Below, in pieces: positions 11,101 through 21,793 of a DNA stretch of 64,000 nt. Within the stretch, counting starts at the first letter, position 1. Each line of letters starts with the position of its first letter. Origin of the DNA: Podarcis filfolensis (taxonomy: Eukaryota); assembly GCA_964270895.1 (NCBI GenBank), contig OZ185449.1. One strand, written 5' to 3'. Under the pieces are notes generated by a model. The model saw only the letters and a list, made by a program, of their open reading frames with translations, had not been told where the DNA came from and did not search any database. Both the position numbers and the translations under genes were made by a program.

Positions 11101-12518
11101 GCCCCACAATACACACAGCATTAATCACATGTAATTTCCCCATGGGGCTAAATGCAGCTGGGAAGACAAGGAATTTAGAAGCAGAACACTGACAAGGGGG
11201 AAAGAGTACATACTCCTTTAAAAAAATAAATGCTGTTCTAACTTTTAAAAAGATGTTGCTCAAGTTTTAAAAAATGGAACATGGGGAAAACAACATGGGA
11301 TTAACAACATGGCTAGTTTGAGCCATGCACATGCACTCACAGACAGATAAGTGGTGTTCTCAGATATGTCCATGGCAAGTGGTCAGCCATCTGACAGAGC
11401 AAAGGTGGCTAGCCTGCAGCCCTCAGTACTGATGGACTCCAACTCCCATCAGCCCCAGCTAACACTGCCAACAGTCAGGGAAGATGGAAACTGTAATCCA
11501 GCCACATCTGGGGGGCCACAGGTTAGTCACCTGTGTGGCAGATGCACTTGTGGTGGCCTTGCTCCTGAAAGAATAATTGGTCATACAGCCACACGTTGTG
11601 AATGCAAGGTGCCCTAAGGCAGTGTTCTTTGACCTTCGGAGCCCACATGTTGTTGAACTTCAACTCTCATCACTCCTAATCATTGACTAGGCTGGCTGAA
11701 GAACATATTACCAGTTGTGGATGTGGGTAAAATTCCTTCCCAGGCCCATCAAGTAGCAGCTAACAGAAGTCTGAAAAAGAGGCTGAAATCTGAGGGTGGG
11801 AAGGGTAGATTATGTCCGTTGACTAGTGATAAGAAGAGGATGCACTGCGCTAAGAGCTGTAGATAGGTGATCTTGCACCCCTGGCAGAACTGTCCAAATT
11901 GCGCCCCCTAGCCATGAACAAATTAGCTCTTCTCTCCACCTCTCCTCCAACCACCACCCCCCGCACCCATTCAATTCCTCACACACTTCGCCTTGTAATG
12001 AATTCTGATTAAAGGAGGACACCAAGATGGAGAAGGCTGACCTAGATGACATTATATAGGAGTCTCCCTAATTATGCACAGGTTACATTCCAGGACCCTG
12101 CATGCATGTGAAATCGCATAAAGTGGGGAGCACCCCACTTTAAAAGGGAGAAGGGCACGGGAGCCAATTCCTTGGGGCCAAGTTTCCTTCACCCCCCTAA
12201 AATATTTGAGGAGGTTCCCCCCCCCCAGGTAATGGGCATTGCCATTCAAATAGTGCACATGTGCTCCATCTTGTGGTCAGTTATACAGCCCTGACTGTAC
12301 TCCCATTCCTGACTTTTGGGGTCAGGGGAGAGCTGAACATGATGGAAGGTTCCCCCTTGCCCAACCCAGCCCTACTCCTACTCAGGCAGTAACCAGCACC
12401 TAGTTGACACCCAGGCAACATGGAATGACTTATGTTTCAGCAGAACTGGGTGCTGAGCAGGGAGGTAGCAGAGGCCCCTCCCATTATTACTGTGTGTGAT
12501 GCACAAAGTGCCTCATCC

Positions 12519-12923
12519 CAGGGGCGTAGGAAGGGGGGTGAGGGGTTTGGGCTGCCCTGTGTGTCATCCTGAAGGAGGGTGACATTCGGGGCAGTCCCCA
12601 CCCGCCCGTGACTCCCCCAAGCCTAGCAAGAGGCGAAGCAGTGAGCATGAGCATGAGTGGGAAAAGCGGTGAAGCAGCTGCCGTGGCTGTCCCCCTTCCC
12701 CCAGCTCACTGTAGGCTTGGGAGTCGTGGGGGGGCGCTGAATGTCACCCCCCTTCAGCTTGAAGGGGATAACATTCGGTGGCCCCCCAGCCCCAGGGAGG
12801 ATTGTGGCACCGCGCCGATTGGCCCCGTGAGTGAATCTCCTTGCCCCTTGGGTGGATCACCCCTCCCCCGGGTGCACGGCATGTGTGCCACTCCAGGTGC
12901 CGGAGCACCCAGCTCCGCCACAG
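12519..12923. mobile_element. hAT MITE (CAGGGGCGTAG termini)
   Basis: 5' end matches the 3657 element; 3' end CTCCGCCACAG; TSD CCTCATCC/CCCCATCC. Confidence 0.8.
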
Positions 12924-13323
12924 CCCCATCCCACTTATGTGGTTGAAACTGATCATGCCTATACACTGATGCAGAGGCTGCTGAAATTGTTAATACTCAA
13001 CATTGCACCAGTCTTTACCTAATCAAAGAAATATGGGTATGGAACAGCTGAGGGATTTTAAGTGTCCTCTGCAAAGACTAGTTCAAACTCCCCCTAAAGC
13101 CTTGACATTCCTTCTTAGTTATATAGGAACAAGATAACTCTTTCTCTCTCTCTTTTGCTCTGTCATGCACATAGAAGGTATCGACTTCCCAGGACTACCC
13201 TACACTTTTGTTAGACTTCTATGCTACACTTAATGCATAGCATGCAACTATGCTATCTTCTTAGTCTTAAATGAACTGAGCCAGACCCTGCAGCAAACTT
13301 TTAAGGCCTTTCTTTGTGTGACA

Positions 13324-13324
<1 letters not shown>

Positions 13325-13355
<31 letters not shown>
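13325..13355. repeat. (CA)n microsatellite; others: (CA)n 24423-24451, (GA)n 28794-28830, (GGA)n 46868-46895, (AAC)n ~47420-47440
   Basis: Read directly from the sequence. Confidence 0.95.
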
Positions 13356-13358
<3 letters not shown>

Positions 13359-13660
13359 GGAGGGTGGCAACACAAGAATGGGACTTTTCAGTGGTGTCCC
13401 CTTGCTTATGGAATGCTTTCCCCAGAGAGGCATGCCTGGCACCATCTTCATCCTTAGGCAGCTGGCAAGTATTTTTCTCTTTATCTAGGCTTGTGGCCCT
13501 TAATTTGAAGGATGGCATTGTGGCCTCTTTTCATGGGGACAGGACCCATAGATCTGCTTTCTATTTGTATAGCTGTGTCTTTAGGTTTTTATTGATATTC
13601 TTAATTGGTTCTAATTCACTTTGGGTCAGTCTGCGAAAAGAGGAACCAACAAATACAATA
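13355..13660 (+). mobile_element. Old L2 LINE 3' end
   Basis: FSVVSPCLWNAFPRE matches the L2 terminal motif RAFSVVAPxLWNxLP; followed by an AT-rich tail. Confidence 0.65.
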
Positions 13661-13944
13661 ATTAAAAATTAATTGCAACTGCAAGGAGCAATGGTTATCA
13701 AGATAACAGTGTTTTATCAAGATAACAGGTGAGGTTTATCCCTTCTGTCCCTAGCCATGAACACCCACCACCCAATATATCTCTCACCACCCCTCTTAGA
13801 CCAGAGGGCATCATTAAACTGTTTCCATTTGCACCACTGGAAGGGAGGGATGCTACTGAGTCTGATATCTGGGTGGGTAAAGGCAATATTCAGCAGTTGC
13901 TGCTGGGGAGGGGAGTAATACGCTTCACTCCCCTGTGTGGAGGA

Positions 13945-14022
13945 GTTGTATCCAACTAAGTTAGTCATTGCCATTCATTTCAGTGGGTCTACTCTGAGTA
14001 GGACTAGCATTGGATACAACCC
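13945..14022. mobile_element. Small palindromic MITE remnant; related copy ~47820-47920
   Basis: Inverted ends GTTGTATCCAA / TTGGATACAAC; shared GGGTCTACTCTGAGTAGG core in both copies. Confidence 0.6.
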
Positions 14023-16599
14023 AAGAATTCCCCTAACCCCACATTAGCTGCAGTGAAGGAAAACAGGAGACATAGTTGCACAGCATATTTAAGTGTAACA
14101 TGTAGTCTGACCCTTTGCAGTGAAAGAGGACTCAGCAACATCCATCAATTATATTGCTATAACTGCATTATAAACATGTGGCACCAGATGGCGATGTAGA
14201 GCAGTGATTTGCCGCCAATGGGATTTTCCATTGACAGCTTTTATTAGGTGTTTTTCTATAGCGTTTTTTAAATCAGTATACAGTAGATCTAACCAGCCTG
14301 TCTGTGTTAGATCTCCTGAGCTTAACAAGTCTTGCACAATTCCCCTTCCCCAAGTCCTCCTTGCATTTTTGGTGTGTGTTTTCCCCCCAGCAGACAGACC
14401 CTCTGCTTAGCTTTCAAACGCTCTTCTGCCTAGCTACATTTTTCAACTTCTCAGCTGGATGCCAACTCTTGCACCGCACAACCCCTGAACTCAGGGTGAT
14501 TCCAGAAGTGATCGTGCTGGGATGAACTCAGCTGGAATGAACACACACTTTCTTCATAAAGACAAATGGCACAGCAATACTCTCTTGGAAATGGCTTTAT
14601 ATAGCAAGGACAGAAATAAGCAGCTGACCACAGCTTCCTCCAACAGTGTTGTCTAAAGGGCTAGATTGCAGCAAATGTTACCTTGAGAGGTTTCTTTCCT
14701 TTTTTCCTGCAAAAACCTTATAATATAGAAACAGATATAAAATAAATGGTGGGTGAACAGAGCCTCCAAATGGGGTGGTTAAATATTTAGAAAATGACAC
14801 TCAACTCCCACTCACTTCAAATGGAGTAACATTTTTTTAAAAATTAAAAGGTTACTGCTGGTTTGAGGGCAATTTAGGAACTAGATATATTTTTCATATT
14901 GAAAGAGAGACATTCAAAAAAATCTGGACCATCTGAAAAAAATGAGAGGGAAATGACATCAGGAATTCAGCACAGAAGACTGGAATGGCAAACTTGCGCA
15001 AAACAAGAGTTACATATTGTAATTGCTAACAGGTTAGTACTTATTTAAGTGGATGTGAGCATATATGTCAGATTCATTGCCACCTTGAAGATTCTCTGTA
15101 TTCTTCGTTATAATGCGAGTTTGTATTTCCCCTTTCCTATAATCTGAGTAAAGTTGCTGCATATGCCCCTGATTTGTATATGGGATGAAATATTGCAGTT
15201 CAACAACCTCTGGATGCCACCACACTGGCAACCTGTGGTGTAGATCAGAGTAGAACTGGAGAGACTTTGAAACTCAGTCATTTTCTCTCTGCTTAACCAA
15301 CCTTACAAGGTTGATGTGAGAATTAAAATGGTGGGGAGTAGGAAAGCATATATGTCACATTGTGAGCTGTAAGCGGGAGGGTGGCTTATGAATATAGTGA
15401 AGAAACAGAGCCCATGGCCACAATCTCAAGTATTCGTCAGCATGGAAACACTCAACAGAATATTGAGGATAGGGGTGGGGAGTGGCTCAAGCAGAACTTT
15501 TCTACAATGCGTACCTTGCGATTCCTAAGCATTCGGCCATACTTGTAAATAATGGGTGCTTGCTGAGATTATCCATTGGCAAAGGAAATATACTCGGTAT
15601 AGGCTGACGAGTGCTCTTATTAAATGACATGATGAGTCTTGCTACTGGAAATTGATCACCTTGGGTTCCAATTAATACCTGACTGTTCCAATAATTATTT
15701 CAGAGCAATTTTTTTTATATAAAAGAGAGAGAGAGAGAAAGAAAAGAAGGAAAGAAGCAGTTTAAAACCTGCCAAGTTGTTCAGAGCCCCAATCGTCACA
15801 TTTCCTTCAATAAATGTGAGCAGCTTTCCAACAGAAGCTCACAGGTGCACCTGAGATCAACATCTAGCTGAAGGCAAAAGAAAAAAAAATAGGGCAATTA
15901 AGCAAGGGCTGTGAGATGTTTGCAAGGCAAAATGCTCTCTGAAAGGCTCCATCAATCAAAACCCCTTATTATCTCTGAATGTGACATCAAATCCATGTAA
16001 AGTATAATACATTTTCTTGTCAGTCAGACACCTGACATTATGTGTCATGTATCTAATTATTCAGCTGTATGGGGAGGGGGAAATTCAGTACTTGAACTAC
16101 TAGCAGAGCAAAGAGATGGGCAAACATCCTAGAGCACAAGAAAAGCCCTGCTGCATCAGAGCAAAGGCCCATCTGGCCCAGCATTCCGCTCTCATGGTGG
16201 TCAACTGGTTGCCACTGGGGGAACAGCACCTTCGCCTGCCCAAGTGCCATGAGACTGATTGAAATTGTTACCTCACCCTATGGATGTATCCCCCCCCCCA
16301 AAAAAAGAGCTTTGTTGAATTTTATGAAAATGCATGTTACACAAATGTAACAAACAAAAATTGAATGCAATATTAGGCACAATGAAATCAGTAAGTAGTA
16401 AGAAAAACCATTTCGGCCATGAATTGTAAATGGGAAAAAAGAATAAAGACTCCAAAGAACTTAAACCTCTTTCACTACTCAGCTTCATTGGATAACCCAG
16501 GTTGCAATGTTATGAGAGGAAGAAAAGCCTCTTTCTGTCTACTTTCTCCACACCATGCATTTTATACATGAAATGAAAAAGCCCCAAACGTTGTAATCT

Positions 16600-16770
16600 G
16601 GAGAAGAATTTACAGTTCTTACAGACCATTATGCCTTGAAGTGGCTTCAAACAATGTACGGTAAAAATACAAAATTGCAACTAGGATTGTGCATCTTGCA
16701 GGAATTCAGCTTTAAAGTGGAACATTTCCTTGAGAAACAAAATCAAATTGCAGATGTGTTTGTCAAGACA
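16600..16770 (+). mobile_element. Ty3/Gypsy RNase H C-terminal remnant
   Basis: GEEFTVLTDHYALKWLQTM...LQEFSFKVEH...KQNQIADVF matches the Gypsy RNase H motif F.V.TDH.AL.WL...LQEF.F.V.H..G..N..AD.LSR. Confidence 0.8.
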
Positions 16771-17559
16771 AGATTTCTTCACTCTCTGATTTGTTTTGAC
16801 ATCCCACACTGTATCCCATATGGAATGATAGTGTTTTGCTTATTAAGAAGGTGGAGAAATTTCCAGCTGTGCACTCATCAGTGGCACCCAGTCTGTTACC
16901 CAGTAGAAGGATAACTTCCAGTTGTTCATAGATGACAGTTTTCTAATGGTATATTGGTCAGCAATGCCTGCAACAACTATTGAGTGCTGTACTGTACTGA
17001 GGGTTTCGTATGAAACTCCCTAATTCAGAGGTTTGGGGGATTGCTGAGGATGGAGAAATGAGGAGGGTGAGCTTTTAACGAACTGAAATATTCATCTAGA
17101 GGAACTTGAGCTTAACAAGTTCATTTCATAAATGGACAAAATTATACTAAAGCCAATTCCTTTCTTTGCCAAATGATAAGACATCTTCAGTAGCTCTGTT
17201 CTCAGTCCCTGATCAGCTGAGCTCTACACATAATGCTCACAATCTGCATATGTCAGTAGGCTGCCTGAGAGTTCAGACAGTCTGCTTCAAGTCAACTGAA
17301 ACCTGGAGGATTGTGCTACAAGGATGACCATCTTCTGACATCTGTCACCATGACCTAGTCCTGCTGGCTGCAATGACCTCATCTTTCTCCCCCCAAAAAA
17401 CCTCTTGCTGCATTAATAAAGAGAGCACCAGCAATAATAGCACAGAATGATTATTTAATGAAGTGTGGGGAACCCCTCCAATGGAAGTTTCTCTTTTAAA
17501 TCCAAGTTACAATTATTTTTATACTTCCAGTCCAAGAACTAAAATAAATACCTGAAGTT

Positions 17560-17925
17560 AAACAGAACCTCCTGTTGTGTAGGCAGACCAGATGAACTGA
17601 CCTGGACCCTGCAGTCACCATCTGAGGCTGTTCTATGTGTTCCCCCTGTGTGAGAGATACAGAGGGCAGCAACACGAGAACAGGCCTTTTCTGCAGTGGT
17701 TCCCTGTTTGTGGAATGCTCTCCCCAGGGACGTTTGCCTGGCACCTTTCAAGTCTTTAGGTGCCAGGCAAAAGCATTCTTGTTCTCCTAGGCCTTTTGCT
17801 AATAAAACAATCTTTGGACTTTTAAATTGTGGCAGGTATTGTTTTTGCTTTTTACTTTGTTGTGCATTATTGTGCTTTTATATTGTTAACTCCCTCGTGA
17901 CCCTTAGATGAACAGCAGTACAGAA
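17560..17925 (+). mobile_element. Old L2 LINE 3' end
   Basis: AFSAVVPCLWNALPRDVCLAP motif followed by an L2-type tail. Confidence 0.65.
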
Positions 17926-17989
17926 CTTTAATGAGGAAGAGGAAGAAGAAAACCCAGAACATGGCTGAGATTAACAATTGCCAAGAATC

Positions 17990-18610
17990 CTAAGCATGCT
18001 TACTTTGGAGTAAGCCCTCCTGAATTGCCTTAGCCCCTGCCTGGACAGCCAGACAGAAGCACCTCCTCCCAGATCCCTCCCAGATGCCCCTTTCTTTGGA
18101 GGGGCAGACAGAAGCTTACAACCTCCCCTCCAACCAAGACTAAGGCCAATCCAATGCCAAATCACCAAAGTGGTGACAATTGCTATGAGGTAGGAAAAAC
18201 CCTCAGATGGGGCCAATTTAGCCTGAAGGAAAATTTCTGCCCGGCCCCAAATATGGCAACCAACAATGTCCATGGCAAGGTCAAGTAAAACAAGACAGAA
18301 AGAGAAGGTGGGAGGCGAATCCAACAAGGAACTGCACAAAGTGGAAGAGGCGGGCCTGTTTATATGCTCCAGGAGCGGATCCAAATGAAGCCTATTGGCT
18401 CCGTTGGGGCTGCCGCTGGCCAGCCCCTGCCTCCCAGGTCACCTGCCATGGGACAATTCGGCCAGCAGACCTACAATCTGCTTCCCGACCAATGGGGAGA
18501 GCCAATTTGGTTCCCCATCAGCCAGGAAGCTTTCCCCATGCAGTTGCCATGTTGGATAGCATGGAGGACGAGTAGCTGGCCCACAACACCACAGCACCAG
18601 AGATAAGGTA
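17990..18610 (-). mobile_element. Unclassified repeat, LTR-like or promoter-bearing
   Basis: Minus strand has GCCAAT (18394-18398) about 30 bp upstream of CATATAAA (18359-18366) and a CATATTTGGGGCCGGGCAGAAATTTTCC block; no termini or TSD resolved. Confidence 0.35.
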
Positions 18611-19539
18611 AGCCAACTTCTAGATACATTGAGCTAAAAGAAGTTCTGGTTCTTTAAGCAGAGAATACAATAGCCCCATGAAAAACTTGTCCTTATGTCA
18701 TGAAGATAAGATGAATGGAGAAAGAGAGTTGATACCCTCAGAAATCCAGTCTCTGTGCCAAATCTCAAGAGTATCTGGAATCCTACACAAATGTAATTCC
18801 AAAAAACGAACTATCCAATCAGAGCTCCATGTCACAATACCTTTCTGCAATCCTATTTATGGTGTGCATTATTGAGTGGCCAGTGTCTTAGGAGTCACAT
18901 AAAAGCAACACAAAGTTTTTGTGAGTGAATGAGAAAGAAAGGGAGGCACCAAACCTGGAGAATTTATCCAATCTGATTTTAAGGGTAAGAAATTGGGATG
19001 CTAGCTTAGCCTTCTCAGAAGGCAGCTGGCGCCCCCTGCAGGTCAATCTTTGTATTAGCCTCCTTAGTCCTGGTCGTGTGGAATTCTGCTTGGAATAACC
19101 AAATGCAAGTGTACAGCTGAACAAGTCAGGGGTTAGTTGCCTGAGTAGTCTGCCAATTAAAGTGAGTTTAGAAGAAAGGCTGACAGCTTTGTGATGAAGC
19201 CCTCTAAATTATTTACTTGCCTTCTGAAAGAAGCACACCTAGAAGTGTTTTCTCTCTCCCTCCTCCCCTCTTTCCTTTTAAAGAACAGCTTTGATACTTT
19301 TGCGAGATGAAAATAAGGTGAAAAGAAAATCATCCTTTAAAAAGATTCCTGAAGCTCCTCTTGACTGGGGAGGGAAAAAAGCCAAGCTCTTGTCTCCTAC
19401 CTCTGAGTGATAGGAGATTCATTGTCTGCCTTTCAAGCTGTCTATTGTGGTTGAGACAATCTGCTCCTCCTCTAGCAATCCTATTGAAGCAACATAGCCA
19501 TTTTATTTTATTTTTTGAAAAAGATTAATTGACTGAAAT

Positions 19540-20040
19540 GCAACGAGACTGCAGAGCCCCGTTTTGCTCATGATCTTCGGGGTTGCTTTGTGCAAAGAGG
19601 TCAGCCCTTAGCCACGTTTGCGTGGAATTCTGGGAGATGGAGAAGGCACAAAAGCTATTTCAAGCCCCTGTTTATGACAAGGCTTTGTAGCCACAGTAAT
19701 GAGACAGTGGGCTAAAGCGTGTATTATTCGAAACCATTTTGCAGTCTTGCAGCATGGAAAATGAACACTGTGCCTGAAAGACTATCGTCTCTTTAATTCT
19801 GTTCAGAGGGAATAACGATGAAACACTCGGCCATAAGAGGATGTAATTGTCAGTGCAGTCACTTTAATCAAAGGCATCTGCAAACATTAACTGACAACTT
19901 GCCCATTGTTTCAAATTTGTTGCACTCTTCCTAGTTATTTTTTCCCATTTAAAGCAATGATCCAAATCAAAGGGCCAACTACATGCGGGTGAAATATCAT
20001 TATCGATTGCAAACCCCAATCCCATAATGACTTTGTCTTT
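19540..20040. promoter_or_regulatory. Candidate developmental enhancer (CNE)
   Basis: About 12 CpG versus 1 in the preceding 400 bp; TTTATGAC (19671), ATCAAAG x2 (19867, 19966), CCATTGTT (19903), ATCGAT (20002). Confidence 0.45.
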
Positions 20041-21606
20041 CAGTAAGTATTTAAGCAGACACTGATAATTACACAGCTCTATACAGATTTAGAGATAAAC
20101 ACCACCTCTAGTCATTGTAGCATGGATTTTTTTTTTCCGAGGGAGGGGGCTGGTCGCCTGTTGTTGCTACTCCAATTCCCATTAGCCTCTGGTCTGGGAT
20201 TCAGGTATGTTATAAATAATAATTGTCTGGATGGGGGAGAAATTTGATCCAGCTCACATTTAACCATGAACCTACCTAATTTGCACTTCCAAAACATTAC
20301 ATGAACTACTGTGCAACCTTGTTTCAAAATTAGCATGTCTCCAAATTTTGGAGTGCAATTTTGCAGCCAAGTAATGTGTTTATACTAGGGTACAGTGTGC
20401 ATTAAAATTTACATGTTGGTGAAAATAACAAACAACAATGCATTATATTCAGGGAAGTTGCTTTGGGGGGAAATGTGCATATTAGGGAACACTGCATACA
20501 AGCATTACGAGAAATTTACACTAAAATGCTGGTGAGTTTTCATGGGAGCTTTTATTCATAAAACAAAAGCAAAATCACAGATTGATGTGGAAATGCGGAG
20601 AATGAGTTTAAGAATAGAAAAAATGAGAAACAAAGAAAAACCAAAATTGGCAGATTAACCCATTCCTAGTCTAGAGAAACAAAACAAACACAACAAAGAA
20701 TAAGAAGACAGCTGTCACAGATCCCAACTGTGAGTAAATTTTGATAAGCAAGAGCACAGCTTTACTTTTGGACTATTTTTGCAGCATGCCTGCATGGGGC
20801 TGTTTCTAGGGGGTGAGTTGGAAGAGCATCATTCAACATCTGCCATGCAGACAGGTGGCAGGCCAGCAGGGGTTGAATGTCTCCCAGGGATTTGTATCAC
20901 GGCTTGCCCTAAATTATTAAATATGTCCCTTTTCTCCTACCTGTGAATTCTGAGCAATGAGGAGCAGGGAACAGCTTGTGAAAACTCTCCCTCAAGAGTA
21001 AAGTGCAATAAGAGCCTATATGCATTGTGCAATAAAGTACAAAAAACAGCAACAGGAGATCATTCAAAAGCACTGTTTAGCTATTGCTTCTCATCTCCAT
21101 CACTTCACATTGAGAAGGTAAAGTCCATATTCACCCCAGCCACCTTGCCTTCCCAGTATCACAGTTTATTATATATATGTTCTCATTACTTTCTCAGTAA
21201 ATCAGTGCTCAAATTATGAGAGGGAGATCCCTAATGATATCCACAGGCCCCACCCAACTCCCACCAAGTTTAGCTAAATCATTCCTCCCACCTAGCCTTC
21301 TAAGTGGAGTAGCTAAGGCATACTCTGCAACTAGCCCGGAAAAACTGGGAAATCCCCTTTTTTATCATGGGAGAACTGCAGCCATTCTGGTTGCTGTGAT
21401 CTCATATAACTTCACAGCACAATTTCACTGTGCCTGGAAAAACTTCTTTTGGGGTGGAGCCATGGCATGAAGTTGCATGAGATCACAGCAACCAAAATGA
21501 CTGCCATGCTTTCGTGATAAAAAAAAATGGGAAGATGGTGTCCTGGAAGATGGCATCCCAGATTCTGGAAATTGTTGAAGGGTGTGGCTAAGGCAGCTTA
21601 GCCACA

Positions 21607-21793
21607 CAGGAGCACGGGAAGCTGCCTTATACCGAGACCACTAGTCCATCTATCTTCCCGTTGTCTATACCAATTGGCAGTGGCTCTCTAGGATTTCATA
21701 CAGGGTGCTCTCCTAACCCTAGCTGGAGATGTTGGACATTGAAACTGAGGCCTTCTGCATATGAAACATGTGCTCTGGCACTGAGCTATGGGG
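21607..21793 (-). mobile_element. Squam3-like tRNA-derived SINE
   Basis: Reverse complement CATAGCTCAGTGCCAGAGCACATGTTTCATATGCAGAAGGCCTCAGTTTCAATGTCC...GGTATAAGGCAGCTTCC. Confidence 0.75.

Noticed and set aside
12608-13022. Cluster of overlapping GC-rich ORFs
   Set aside because: They lie inside a hAT MITE; long ORFs are expected from high GC content.
14460-14645. Possible minus-strand solo LTR (TG...CA with TATATAAA)
   Set aside because: No inverted termini or TSD could be found.
15629-15682. Possible C/D box snoRNA (ATGATGA...CTGA)
   Set aside because: Only ~54 nt from C to D box, weak terminal stem, no clear D'/C' boxes or guide.
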